Shown here: positions 23,344 to 36,635 of the stretch, piece after piece
Layout: every line of letters begins with the position of its first letter
How positions within the stretch are numbered: position 1 is the first letter of the stretch
DNA from: Ylistrum balloti
Lineage: Eukaryota
DNA: 64,000 nt
Reading direction: 5' to 3'
NCBI RefSeq assembly: GCF_031769215.1
Contig: NW_026782326.1
Span: 715,432-779,431, forward strand
Notes under the pieces: generated by a model
What the model was told of the DNA's origin: nothing
The model's database searches: none
What the model saw: only the letters and a program-made list of their open reading frames with translations
Position numbers and translations under genes: made by a program

Positions 23344-24514
23344 AACTTTGCGTTCAGTTGATTTTATTTGACTGTAAAGGACGTTGGGGTCAATTTCAAA
23401 GGTAACTACATTAGTAACGGGTATGGCCACCGTTTGCGAAGTAAACAGCATTGCAGCGTCATCGCATGGAACTCGTAAACCGGCGGATAATTCGAGGAGA
23501 GATGTTGTTCCATTCAGCGATCAAGGCTTGGGCCAGCTCCTGCAAGTCGCCCAAGGACGTCCCAGACATGCTCAATCGGTGCCAAATCAGGTGAATTAGA
23601 TGGCCAATCTAACACCTGTACGTTATTCTGCTGCAAGAAAGTTCTGCTGACGCGACTGGTGTGCGCTGGTGCGTTATCCTGTTGAAAAATGGCGCCAACG
23701 CCATGGCGTTTTAAGAATGGCAGAACCACTGGTCTTAAAATTTCGTCCCGATATCGAGTGCCGGTTAAATTGCCATTTAACACAACAAGCCTGATACGAG
23801 TCCCCCAAAAATACCACCCCAAACCATTACACTTCCGCCGCCAAAGCGGTCCCGTTCTGTGACGCAGCAGTTCGCAAAACGCTCCCCTCGTCGCCTCCAC
23901 ACTCTGGACGCCGCGCTTTCAATTGGTAGGCCCTCAATCTGTTGCGGACTTTTAGGGGAGACACACGACAACCAAACAATGTCCTTGTAGTCTCTACTGC
24001 GGTTACGAATCGATTGCGCAAGTGTATCAATCGTATACGACGGTCATCCCTGGCGGTCGTTTTACGGGGTCGGCCGCTTCGGGGACGATCGGATGTTGAC
24101 CTAGTTTGGTTTAAACGACTTATCAACTGGCAAATTGTCTTAACACTGCAACCAAAATGCCGTGCAACTCGACGGCGAGACTCCCCAGCCTGGATCATGC
24201 CTACAGCCCTTTCTCTCTGTACTTGTGACAAACGGGACATGATGATAAAGTTGATAGATAGCAAGATTCGGTGATTTCTAAGTCCTAAGGATCTAAGAAA
24301 CAGTTGTCAGTTTGAATGTTTATGAAATTCAAGCGAAGATACAAGTTAGTCGCAAAAAAACCTCCTGCAGCTCTTTCGCTAATACAGACTTGAATGATTT
24401 TGGTAACCCCCTTGGATTTTGTAGTGTAAAACATTACCATTTTCTAATATTGCACAAACATAATTTTGTTTTCACTCATTTACAGGTATTCGCCCAGGAG
24501 ATATGTTAACCTTT
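23344..24514 (-). mobile_element. Tc1-like element, copy 2 (transposase ORFs identical to copy 1)
   Basis: ORFs 23384-23599, 23514-23900, 23827-24264 and 23942-24274 have translations identical to those in copy 1. Confidence 0.75.
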
Positions 24515-24874
24515 CTTTTTTTGTTGAGTATATAATCCTCTCTTTTAGCTGGACTATCAAAAATTTGAAATGAAAATCTGCAGTATTCTACATAAAAATG
24601 TAAATTAAACATTGAATTTATACCATAGCATGCACCATTTCTATTTTCATAAATAAAATTTGATGACTGCATTAATTATCAATATTAATGCACATTTTTC
24701 GCTCGTCAATTATTTTGACAACTACGTATGTATATACACATGCAGTTAACTACATACCGGTATAAATGTACATCATGCATGGGATTTATTTAGAATAACA
24801 TGTACCCATGTATATCATGACATTAATTAGTGACATAATATATTTCAATTATTGATGATACAGTTAACAACTTA

Positions 24875-25960
24875 TCAATTCATGTCATTGCTGTACAATT
24901 TTACATGTATATAAACTTCATTCTTGCATGTAATTACCTTAAACAGATAGTATAATGAGGACAAAAAAGTTGACATGTTCCACTCTATTTTCTGAAATCC
25001 AGTCTTGAATGCGTTATGTACTATGTGGAGTCCACACGAACCAATGTTAATCAAATCTACATCATGGTCATTCTTCATTCTGTTCCTCAATAATCCATAG
25101 AATTTCCAGTTTACATTTGGACCATCCATCGAAACCTGCAGGACATGTTTAAGATTATTTGTTTCAAGTCCACTCAAGCCCTCCAAAAAGTGCTTTAAAA
25201 CATCTTCAGAGGAACAGTGTCCCATAAATTGGGAGTTAAAATACCTGGAACTGATACTATCAGATTCACCATCCTAGAGTCTTAATAAAATGTCCATCTG
25301 TTTCAACTGCATTTTTTTGTTCAGACTCTCGTCAAACGTTATCACGAAGTCACCAGTAAGTTTCTTCTGTAACAAGGACATAAGATAGTCCGCTATCCCA
25401 AACACGCACATGTATCTAGATTTCGCCTCCCCACAGGAAAATCCACTCGCTATGTTACTATCACTAAACATGACTTTAAATAACTTTGAAACATTTTCGT
25501 TTGACTTATACGAGATGCGAGATACTATTGTAACCCACACAATTTCTGCTTTCAACACGTCATTTTTTGTTACGAAGTCAGTCATTCTCATTGTCACAGA
25601 CGATCGTTCTGCACTACTTGTAGTACTTGATGACGGCTGAGGATTATTCGGCGACGTTTCCATCGATTCATTTTCTTTTTTAACAGGAATTTTAGACTGT
25701 TTTGACATAGATGCGGCAAGTGTTTTATGCTTTTCTGATTTTTCGTGGCTTTTTAATGCCGACTCGCCCATCTTTCCAACATCTAACGCTTTCTCACACA
25801 AAGTACAGCGAGCTTTATTTCGCTCTCCTTTGATCCCCCGTACCCACACATATCGCGTTTCCCACTGTTTGTTTGTAAACACACACATGGAAAGGCATAT
25901 CATCGATAGAAAACTAGGCCAAGCGCAAAGATGAGTCACTGCCAACACACACGTGTACAT
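24875..25960 (-). CDS. hAT-like N-terminal exons, copy 2
   Basis: ORFs 24875-25225 and 25274-25960, with 3 aa differences each from copy 1. Confidence 0.55.
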
Positions 25961-26523
25961 TCAAAATGGCAGTTCATAATCAATAACATTCGGAACACTT
26001 TTACTTTTAGGTAGCTCATGTAGAAGAACACAGAGATTAATGTCTGGGTCATTGCTACACATATGGTAAAACATTGAAACGAAAGTGAAAAACAACGATG
26101 AAATACGGAGAAAAAAACGACAGTGCTTACAGAAAGCTATTCTGGCAAAAATTGATTTAATTCAAGGACTTTTCAAGATAATTAGCTTAGTTCCCAGGAC
26201 TTTCAAGGTATTTTTTTAAATTCCAAGACTTTTACAGGCATCAGCTGAAATGCATGGACTTTTCATTTGCGTACGAACCATGTTTTATTATATGATAAAA
26301 AGTATTTTATCGCTAGATTGGATAAGAAACCGTTCAGGATACACTTTAATAACGAAAGTGAAAGTAAAGGTTATTCCAAGGAGTCCGTGGTCATTCGGAG
26401 AAATACAAGTATTTCAACCAAGTTGTAATACATCCTGTATGTGATTATAAACAGATAACCCCACAAAGGTTTGCAAGTATATATTAGTGAAAACAGTGGA
26501 ATAAATAACTCTTACCAGTTACT

Positions 26524-27237
26524 ATGGAAACTCCGATATATTTCTATCATAATACATCACATACATCTGAAGCTGCGATAAGAGAAGATGATATCTTGGA
26601 GCCACAGGTTTATAATCCTCCTCAAAATTGGATGAGATTAGTAAGTCATCCAGTACATGTACCAGACGGGGTGTTTTTCTGTGCCACACTCTACAATGGG
26701 AATCTCCCAACTATTTCACCATATGGCGAGAGACGAGTGAGGATTTGTATCGATGATGTCTTGCAACAACTCGGGGGGAACGTTAAACTGTATTCAGGGG
26801 AACCAACTCGGGCTGGAAACAACACTTATGTCAGGATGATGCTTGTGAAAGAAGATGACGACTTTGATGTATTACAGCATATGAAGCAAGAAAATATAGC
26901 CTTTAATTGGTGGTTAAGACTGGCTGGAGGATACAAAGTTGCATGTAGACCAACATGGGTGTACATCTATGTCCCCTATCCAATTAGTGTCAAAGGCTGT
27001 TATTGGGATAGAGGTATGTATCTACAATTAAATGTATATCAACATATACGGTTGATTTGTATATATACAATAGTACTTGACGGTTCATTCTCAAATTCCA
27101 CCCCACCTTCACAGTTCCCACAACAAAAAGTAGAATTGCTGTTCTGTCAAACCTGGTTGAAAAAGGTCAGTCAAGAGTCCAGATCAATGAGGTCTTTAAG
27201 TGTTTATGAAAGTGCCCTTAAAAAGAGCTTGCATTAA
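26524..27237 (+). CDS. Unknown 237-aa ORF, copy 2
   Basis: About 14 amino-acid differences from copy 1; ORF intact. Confidence 0.45.
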   Translation: METPIYFYHNTSHTSEAAIREDDILEPQVYNPPQNWMRLVSHPVHVPDGVFFCATLYNGNLPTISPYGERRVRICIDDVLQQLGGNVKLYSGEPTRAGNNTYVRMMLVKEDDDFDVLQHMKQENIAFNWWLRLAGGYKVACRPTWVYIYVPYPISVKGCYWDRGMYLQLNVYQHIRLICIYTIVLDGSFSNSTPPSQFPQQKVELLFCQTWLKKVSQESRSMRSLSVYESALKKSLH

Positions 27238-29026
27238 CATAAAGCAATGTACAGCTGTAATAGGAAGAGTAAAGGAAATATTTGATCTTTAGCTGGACAC
27301 ATTACCGCTCAACCATACAGGCTAAAGGGTGACTTGTTCTTTAAACTTCTACACAATTCCCTCCTTCACAAAGTCTTCGACTCCAAAGACAACAACAACC
27401 CAGGTCCAACATCTGAAAGGAAGCATCTTGATCTCCTATAGATTCTACTCTTGGACAAATCTGCCATAAGAAGGAGTAATGGGAAAACATCGCGCTGTCC
27501 CCGCTGGGGTTCGAACTAGTGACCCTTCAGCCTCTACCTAGACACTCTACCACTCAACTAAATGGTGATCCTCATTAAACATGGCTACTAAGGCAACCTG
27601 TTTATGTGTGAATTTGTTACAAGTGGACAGTAAAAGTACCGGCCTTTATAGATGGGTACTTTCTTTTAAAGAGGACGCCTTAATAATTGTGTGTTTGCGA
27701 TATAGAGGTAGCCTTCAGACAGGTGACTTTTATATAGAGATGACCTTTACAAACAGTTGGTTTCTATATTGAGGTAGTCTATATAGACAGGTGTTTTATC
27801 TATAAAGGTGATCTTACAGATAGTTGTATCCCATAGATAAGCCTACACTGCAGATTCGACTTCACTTTGTAGGAAAAAATGTTTTAAAGTTATAATGCTT
27901 GAATTTAGTTCGTAGGTATCTTAATGATTGCTGTCTTTTTTTTCTTGCAGTGAAACTGTTCTAGTGGTGGATTACCTGAAGGTGCCCCTACCATCATCAA
28001 AGGGATTTTATCTGACGAAACATTTCTACAAATCTTAACATCACTGAAATAGTATGATTGATTTGAACTATATATTCAAATTTTAGATGGGGTCTCTCAT
28101 GTGTACTAATAAGGTGTCTATATGAAAAAAAGGATAAAGTACATAAGTATGCCAGTATTACACATGGAATTGCTTCAACGTAATTGAATGGATTTGATCC
28201 ATTCTCAGAGTCATGATAGTTCAAAAAAGGAAAATTGAAAATTCATTTTCATTACCAGGTATATGCTTCTGTACGTCTTATAACACTACAATGATTACCA
28301 TCTATGTAAAACACTGTATTAATGCTGTTATCATGATCAATTATTATAAAACTTTTGTTGTTTAATAATCAAGTTACAGAGATTGCCATATTTCAAATTG
28401 ACTTAGCTTAAACAATCATTGGAACTAAAATTTACTTATTTTTTATATTTTAAAAATAGTTTTTCTGTTATTGAAACATGAATTTTGATTCAAATTTTTC
28501 TTAGTCTAGATTTTTACCTATATTATTTTTACTGTATATTTTGGAGCAATACCTATCTGCTTTGCTTTTGCCAGCTGTGATCTCTTGCACATATGTGTTG
28601 AATTTAGTCATTCTTGCAACATGTTTAGCAATTGTAAATGTTGTCAATTTAATTTATTTTACCAATTTACAAGTATCATTTTTCAGATTTATCAAATACA
28701 CAATTTATACACAATAAACTTAATGTTCATATATAGTCATTGTGGAGCTTCCTTTCTTATTATAACGTGTGATGAGTACTGTTACCAAAATTTGATTAAA
28801 ACCTATTCTGTTATGGATTAAATAAAATTCGGAGTAAGACAATAATGATATACATTTTCACATAACCATTACTCTAACTGAATCCATTAAACTGTTTTAT
28901 TGTGACTACCTGGTTACATCCCGGCACATGCTGATTGTATCTCATGTAGATTTTAAATTTCTATCTCAATACTTATCATATGGAATTATAAGCTGAATGA
29001 AATTTGTCGGTAGAATACTACCTTAT

Positions 29027-30047
29027 GTATGATAGTTCTGGGTGACGTAGAATTCAAGTTCAGGAGTACGATACATGTAGTTATGTGTGGGGTAGAATTC
29101 CAGTGGTGGAGTATGATAGTTCTGGGTGGGTTAGAATTCCATCGGTGGAATATGATAGTTCTGGGTGACGTAGAATTCCAGTGGTGGAGTATGATAGTTC
29201 TGTGTGGGGTAGAATTCCAGTGGTGGGGTATGATAGTTCTGTGTGGGGTAGAATTCCAGTGGTGGAGTATGATAGTTCTGGGTGGGGTAGAATCCCAGTG
29301 GTGGAGTATGATAGTTCTGTGTGGGTAGAATTCCAGTGGAGGAGTATGATGTTTCTGTGTGGGGTAGAATTTAAGTAGTAGAGTACGATAGTTCTGGGTG
29401 ATGTAGAATTCCAGTGGTGGAGTATGATAGTTCTGTGTGGGGTAGAATTCCAGTGGTGGAGTATGATAGTTCTGTGTGGGGTAGAATTCCAGTGGTGGAG
29501 TATGATAGTTCTGGGTGGGGTAGAATTCCAGTGGTGGAGTATGATAGTTCTGTGTGGGGTAGAATTCCAGTGGAGGAGTATGATGTTTCTGTGTGGGGTA
29601 GAATTTAAGTAGTAGAGTACGATAGTTCTGGGTGACATAGAATTCCAGTGGTGGAGTATGATAGTTCTGTGTGGGGTAGAATTCCAGTGGTGGAGTATGA
29701 TAGTTCTGTGTGGGGTAGAATTCCAGTGGTGGAGTATGATAGTTCTGGGTGACGTAGAATTCCAGTGGTGGAGTATGATAGTTCTGGGTGGAGTAGAATT
29801 CCAGTGCTGGAGTATGATAGTTCTGGGTGGAGTAGAATTCCAGTGCTGGAGTATGATAGTTCTGGGTGACATAGAATTCCAGTGGTGGAGTATGATATTT
29901 CTGGGTGGAGTAGAATTCCAGTGGTTGAGTATGATAGTTCTGGGCGGAGTAGAATTCCAGTGGTGGAGTATGATAGTTCTGGGTGGAGTAGAATTCCAGT
30001 GGTGGAGTATGACAGTTCTTGGCGGAGTAGAATTCCAGTGATCATTT
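29027..30047. repeat. 37-bp minisatellite, about 28 units (same family as 22683-22923)
   Basis: Long tandem array. The 60-260-aa ORFs listed in it on both strands are repeat artefacts. Confidence 0.9.
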
Positions 30048-30179
30048 ATACTGCAGAATCAATTATGTAATACCAATATGTCAACATAATTATATTCCAA
30101 ACTCAAAGTCAACAAAACTATGACAAAAGAAAGCAAACCAATGAGCTTCAAACACTTCCAGCTTCATATCAGACTAAGA

Positions 30180-30600
30180 AGTAGAATATTGTAACACAGT
30201 AGGCGTAAACACACGTACTCGTCGGTAACAGCCATGTTTATTACATACAGAATAATAATAATGTTACATGTACAAAAGCAACATCTCATCAACATACAGA
30301 GTTAATATACTCATACTATTACTGTTATATTATAGCGCTTGGCAGTGATTGTAGAGGTATTTATAAAAAGAACGAGATTGTCAGGCTCTGACGTGCATGT
30401 GTTTATTCGCCATCTTCTTCAACAACTAATCTTTGACACAACATAATAAAATCCGGAATTTTGGTGACTACTAATTAAATGCAAATGGATCCGGATGGTT
30501 ATCCGGATACCAATTCGATAGTAAATATAGGACAGTACTTCGCGTTGTGTCTCGTATCAAAACTGTCCACAGGGCTCTGAGCTATCTCCCCTTCATAGGG
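30180..30600 (+). repeat. Second copy of the unclassified dispersed repeat seen at 2400-2650
   Basis: Shared blocks ...tacaaaagcaacatctcatcaacataca... and ...gtgtctcgtatcaaaactgtcc.... Confidence 0.45.
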
Positions 30601-32316
30601 CTAGTGCCCTCTCTTTCTCTCTGTCCATAAGACTCTCTCCATACGGCTCTATCTCTGTATGTCCATAGGGTTCTGTCTGCAGGGCTCTCTCCCCTACCCC
30701 AAAAACTCCCCTCCTTTTATCCCTGTTCTATATGATCTCGTCATAAAAATGCCACGATCTAATGCCCATTGGTTGAATTTCCTATCAAGGTGTACTTCAG
30801 TTTATTAGACTGCCATTAAACTGCCTAATACTTGTTAACCGGAAGAAGTAGATGTCAGTACTGTCCACTGTAAATACAGTTACAAAATATCTGTGTACAT
30901 TCATCACCCAGTCTACCAGATGTTACATATTGACAAAATTAATCCTACAACCAATCAGTCCAAGATTACTGACTTATGTATCTGATATACACTAATATCG
31001 AAATTTCATTTTGTAACAATATATCTAAACCCTATTTTGTTACAATATTTATCGAAATAAACCGCTGATGTTACAGAAGAGTCTCTCGCATCCTTAATTT
31101 CCTATGCTGGTGGGTATATACGATGTACATGGTCAATCAATCTCTTTTTTATTTACTGACAAGACGGCATCAATATATATCTGAAAACTCGACGAAGATG
31201 TTGTCAACCATACAACTTACAGGGAGCCTAGTCAAGCGACCCTTTGTCGCTTGCGAAGCAACCCCTGACACGTATTCGCGAAGAAAAAAGTGAACATTTT
31301 CACACATACCATCAGTCAAGAAGTTGTGACACTGAAGTGGAATTCCCATCATTAATGCTATATGCAGTGTCACTCACTCAGGCACGCGAGCAGAATGAGT
31401 TTGGCTGAACGAAACTAAGATTAGTATCTTACTCGGCAAACATGCAGAGATCGTCCGAGAGGATAAAACAGGAAAAACGAAATACCATGAATTAGTAAAG
31501 AACACAATAAATACAATCTTCAAGGAAGAAAGAGTTCCTTAAACAGTAGATTAAATGATTATTGTCACCAAATGATATACATAAGTTATAATACTATGCT
31601 CGCTCCAAATGGCCATTCTTCATATTATCTATGAATTGACCACCTGTGATAACAGTACAGGTTCTGGGTGTTATTGTTTGTTTATTAAAAAGATTTTAAT
31701 TAAAATTGAAAAACAAATCTTTGCTAAAATTATCATGTTGAAGGGGACAATGAGGATTTTCATATTTTTCAGAATATATATATATATTTTTATTTTTTTG
31801 CATTGTGTTGGTGAACAGTCTCAAATCTGTGTCTATACACCGAAAACTAGTTCTAAAGGAAGTAAAATTTCCTTAGTACTTACACGTGGCCATGTTGTGA
31901 AGGCGTTCTCAGTTTGAATTTGCTGAAATGTAAATAATTTGTTACCATGACAGTGTTGCTAATTTGTAGGCATGTGTTCAGAATTAAATTTATTCTAGAA
32001 AGTTGTGGTGTTAGGTTGGAATTAACAATATTTTTGCATTTTTAGCATTTTGAAAATTGATAACCATGGCATTCACAAGTCAGAAATCAGGAGACATTTT
32101 GGATTTACACAGTTTTATTCCTGTATTTATTATCTTATTTCTCTACCCTCTACCTAGTCTAACGATCAAATATCCAGAGTGAACGTCGCAAATGTGTGTA
32201 CCGTTGAAAATCAGATGCGAGGACTGTGACTCATTGTATATCGGACAAAACAGACAGGATATGTCCCAGGTTAATAAATTGGCTTTACATATCATTCCCA
32301 GCGGCAAAATCCTACC

Positions 32317-33600
32317 TTAGGATATTCTATGGACGCTAGTCTTTTCGACCACTACGTCCGCCTCTAAATTATCTAAATCCTCCTGCATTTTCCTGGCGTC
32401 ATCTAAACCCGCAGTTCTTGAATATATCTTTGTGTCATTAGCAAATAAATATGTTGGTACATTTACACAATCTGGCATGTCCTTGGTGTATAGAACAAAC
32501 TGGACTAAGTACGCTCCTCTGCGGTATTCCACTCGTAACATGGTGCTCTTTGGACTGTGATCCGTTGATATCAAAAAGCTCCTCTTAATTCTGAACACGT
32601 GATTTCACTCCGTCCACTTTATTTGGTAGACTATCTCAATTTGCATAAAAACAATTAAACTCCTTTAACTTATTAACAGAAGCATTAAACATGTTTATAG
32701 TGTTTTGTGCTGTGTCTATACTCTTGCCTTTACTTTCATCACCTTTCTTTCCCATGGAGGTCCCTATGTGTTTGAAGTCCCCCGACTTTTCTCTGTCGTT
32801 TTCTGCCTTGGCTTCTTCTAGTTTTACCTTGTTCATGCTCCTTTCTTTTGTTGTCATGTCATGAATGATACTTGCTTTCGTGTACTTATCTTCAGCAGAC
32901 GATAAGTTCCTCAAATTCCTCATGAACGTACATTTTGCCTTCTCATCTTCGAACACTACTTAAATTGGTCTAGGCCTATTTTTTTGCATCGTTGTTCAGC
33001 TCCTTAGATTTTACAACACGCTTTCCTAGTCTTGTGACCGACAATACAGATGCTGGGGTTGAGTTCATTATTGCACACAGGTCATGCATTACCTTTATGT
33101 CTTCCTTTTTCCTAATTTCTGTTTCAGCTTGCTCAGATTCATCAATGATGAAAATAACGATATTGCATTTTCTAGACTAACATTTCTGAATTCGTTTATT
33201 TGCTCAGTTGTGGCCTCGTTTTGATGTTTCCACAACAGGTATGTCAGCTATTTTGATAATTTCATCCTCTAGTGCTTTGCTTCTTCTTTTTTCACTTCCT
33301 CTCTGACTATATCTCTGACTTGTTTTTCATCACAGGCAACTTCCTCAAGATAGGATATCCATGGCTATATTTCTCATTACTTCCTCTCTGCATTGAACAC
33401 AGAACCACGTGGAGTCTGACTCAGATAACACCACATAATCAGTGTCTGACTTGTTAAGGCATTTCGTACAAAAGTGAAGATTACACTTCTGGCACTCCAT
33501 TACTTCAGCATTAGGATCGCTAAAAATATTGCAACACAACTCACATTTCCATCCATCTGTCGCTCGTTTCTGGTGACACAAATGGAGAATTTCTTCTTGA
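32317..33600 (-). mobile_element. Rearranged or truncated non-LTR (CR1-like) element: ORF1 PHD-finger fragment, then RT fragment
   Basis: 33345-33581 encodes CELCCNIFSDPNAEVMECQKCNLHFCTKC...WFCVQC, a PHD finger. 32317-32598 encodes the LINE RT motif ...YLFANDTKIYSRTAGLDDARKMQEDLDNL. Confidence 0.55.
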
Positions 33601-35002
33601 ATTATTCCTAGAACTTGGCCTAATGCTTTTCCTTGAAACGATATTCTTACTTTTTTCTTTTCTCACCGCTGTGACCGCTGTCCGATATTTTGGCTGCCTG
33701 GCTCATCTCGCCTAAACACTTGGCGAACTTTTAGAAATCGCGATTGAAAGCGACATGAAAATTACACAATTGCTCTCTGTAGCTTATTGTAGCAATTCAG
33801 AATGTTATCCCATTCATACACTCTCTAAAACTATAAAAACATACAAAAATCTTTACAATTAAAGCAGAGCTCAAGATTTTCCGTCAATCAAAACCATATA
33901 ATTGAAAATTCAATTAATTAAAATTCCAAAATAGTCAACAGAGAAAACAACTTTTTTGTCATGCAACTGATCATTTAAAAACAAAATAATTACATTAAGA
34001 ACTCAACACCACGTGTATTCTAATTTTTCTTCTCTTTTTTCTTTTTCTTTTTTCACACTCTGAAGAGTTCAGCAAGTGACTCACAGAGTTGATCATGTAC
34101 ATCGCCTGGGTATTTTTTAAATACTTCTTCGTTTTCTCATAAAGAATGTTCATAATGTTTAAAATATTAACATATGCATGCAAAAATAAATGTATTAACA
34201 CTGTTAAAACGGCACTATTTTACTCCGATTCTGCCCGATCCTGTAAATTGTCGCCCGATCCTGTCAACCGTCTTACCCACTTAAACAGAGCCGCACCATG
34301 CCTGTTACTTTCGATTTCTATTTTAAATAACCAATGAGCGTCAGCGATACATCAGCAATGATTTTTTAGCCAATCAAGTAAAGGTTCTTAGCGATAATTT
34401 ATCAAAGGAAACCGATGGACAGAAAGAAGAGCGAAGTCAACAATGATGCCAATTGCAGGTGAATTATATTTTATTTTTCACAGAGTCTGATTATTTTTAC
34501 AGGTGATCCATGCATAGATATAAGGTATGTGTTGACAGGGTATAGGAGACAAGCTATGTAAGATTTCAGATTTAGTTTTACAGAAAAACTTACATTAGTC
34601 AGTGTATGTATGTATGTAACGCGGAAAAACACATTCCTATTAAGTTAATAATGGACGCAGGCAAAGCAATGCCTCTATGTCCATATCTAAATTTGATTTA
34701 CATTGGAATTGATATATCATACAATGTAGGAGGAAATAAATTGTTACATACTGACTTAGCAATTTACGGTTTTGAGAGATCAAATTATTGTTCATCATGA
34801 AATATTTCTACTGAAGCGAACAATTTTTTCTGTTCCATGGTGGTCCTCGAACCCAATAGATGTAGGCTTCAGATTCTTGTTCTTCTTTTCTTTTTGCCTC
34901 TTGATATAATTCACTTTCCTTTTCTCATTCTAATAAGGTCCTGATTTGTATAGAAGAAAATTGTTCGCAGCTGTGTAGCCTTTGGATATTTTTGAAAATA
35001 TT

Positions 35003-35708
35003 TCATTTATGTATCAGAGAGTCGAATTTCACAAGCATTGGTCGCCCTTTTTCACTTGATGCTGTACTTGAATCCGGGCATTTTTCCAGTCTAATGACTT
35101 TCTGGGGTCCTCCCAGAGCATTTTGACAGGCTTCAATGATCCTCTCCACTACCCGAATATCTGCTCTCATTTTTTTATTTTCAGAAACTCCAAAAATGAC
35201 CATGTTGTTCTCCCTGCTTTGCCAATCCTTTACCTCGGAGAATATTTCATCCGAACACTGAGGTGTTTCCATCTGTTTCACAACCTTCCATTTCCTTTTT
35301 CAATACGCATTTGACATCAGATATTTCACATTTCCTCTTCATTGAATTTTCCAAATCTTCAAGCATTTTCTTGAATGTTTCCATTATCTCACGACACCTT
35401 TCCTCAATTTTTCTATCGTTCAGTATACTTTTCTCAACTATCACTTTACATGGAGGACAAAACCACACACTATCTGATCGGCACAAAACTTTGTATGTGC
35501 GTACATTCGTGCCAATACATCCAATGCAAAAATATTCCTGGCATCTGTTAAATTTCAGCATTTTGGTTGTCTTCTCAACATACACCATTGAACACAACTT
35601 ACACCCTGATTGGGTGATGTTCAGGGTATCTGTCCTGACTTCTGTAGACGAAGACACTGATTTGACTCTGGTAAAAGTAGTGCCACATCCGGTTTTACTT
35701 TTTGTCAT
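35003..35708 (-). CDS. Non-LTR retrotransposon ORF1-like protein (PHD finger, coiled coil, RRM-like module)
   Basis: 35247-35708 encodes CKLCSMVYVEKTTKMLKFNRCQEYFCIGC...WFCPPC, a PHD finger, followed by a coiled-coil stretch. 35003-35281 encodes NNMVIFGVSE...VIRLEK...RPMLVKF, an RRM-like ORF1 module. No intact ORF2 follows, so the copy is truncated. Confidence 0.55.
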
Positions 35709-36635
35709 TTTCCATAAAATCTATCAATGCTATTCACTCCAAAACATGTAGTAACTGACATCAATGCCATATTTCATTTGTTATGTTTACTGTCGAAAAC
35801 AGTAAATATCTAAGAAAATTACCCTGTTGCCTACAGAGCTTCCTGAATCACAACTGGTAATCATGGCGTGACGACACAATCCCCTTGAGTATTAAGAGCT
35901 TAGACAGGATGCAGACCAATTCACAGTTAATTCACAGCTCTACCAACTGACTTCGACTTAGTCATTCAGACTGATTTAAGAATTTCAGGTGTTTTATAAT
36001 TTAGTAACAAAGGGTTATTTTAGTAGTTAAGGGTTATTTTGAGACTTTGATTACAATAGTAATGTTAATAACATTTACCACTCTTAAAAAAAAAATGTGT
36101 TTTCCATTTTGTTTTCTTTCTATAATGTCAATAGTTTCAACAAAGGAATACCCCATTAAGTTTCCAAATCAGACGACTCAAATATACAATGTTAATGATT
36201 CATTAGATAAATCAATTGTGACAACATTACAATTTGTAAAGAATTTTAGACTTATGATAAAAAGTTCTTGATCTTCCCAATGCTTATATATTCAGATCTG
36301 TATTTGAGAGAATTTACTGTTGGTGCCGAGATTTCTTGTTCAACTATGATATAACAAACATTAAGTGTATGAACATGTTGAAACTTAGAATTGCTGCATA
36401 TGTGTATTATGACCAATTTGAATAATATACCTGATACATATTGATATTTTTTTGATCATTTAGTTTGAAGATGTGTATCATGTGTTGTCTTAGACAACCC
36501 CCTAGTGATCATTTTGGTGGGAGATTGTGAGGGGCTGTTGGTATAATTATATTATGGTCGCCAGAATCATCTCCTGTGGACTAGAACTGATCAATAATAA
36601 TGTCGATGATATTTGATCATATTTCAGATAATCAG

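Larger units (their letters stand above)
22924..29267. repeat. Tandem segmental duplication, copy 2
   Basis: Starts mid-ORF: 16580 corresponds to 22924. Contains the Tc1 copy (about 23344-24514), the hAT-like N-terminal exons (24875-25960) and the unknown ORF copy (26524-27237). Confidence 0.85.

Noticed and set aside
29081-30045. Long ORFs (up to 263 aa) on both strands with repetitive HHWNSTPPRTIIL / ELSYSTTGIL / MIVLGGVEFQWWS peptides
   Set aside because: Exact 37-bp periodicity of a minisatellite (111 nt is 3 units, which keeps the frame open). They are translation artefacts, not genes. The same holds for ORFs at 22642-22979, 42604-43207, 45284-45505 and 51156-52240.
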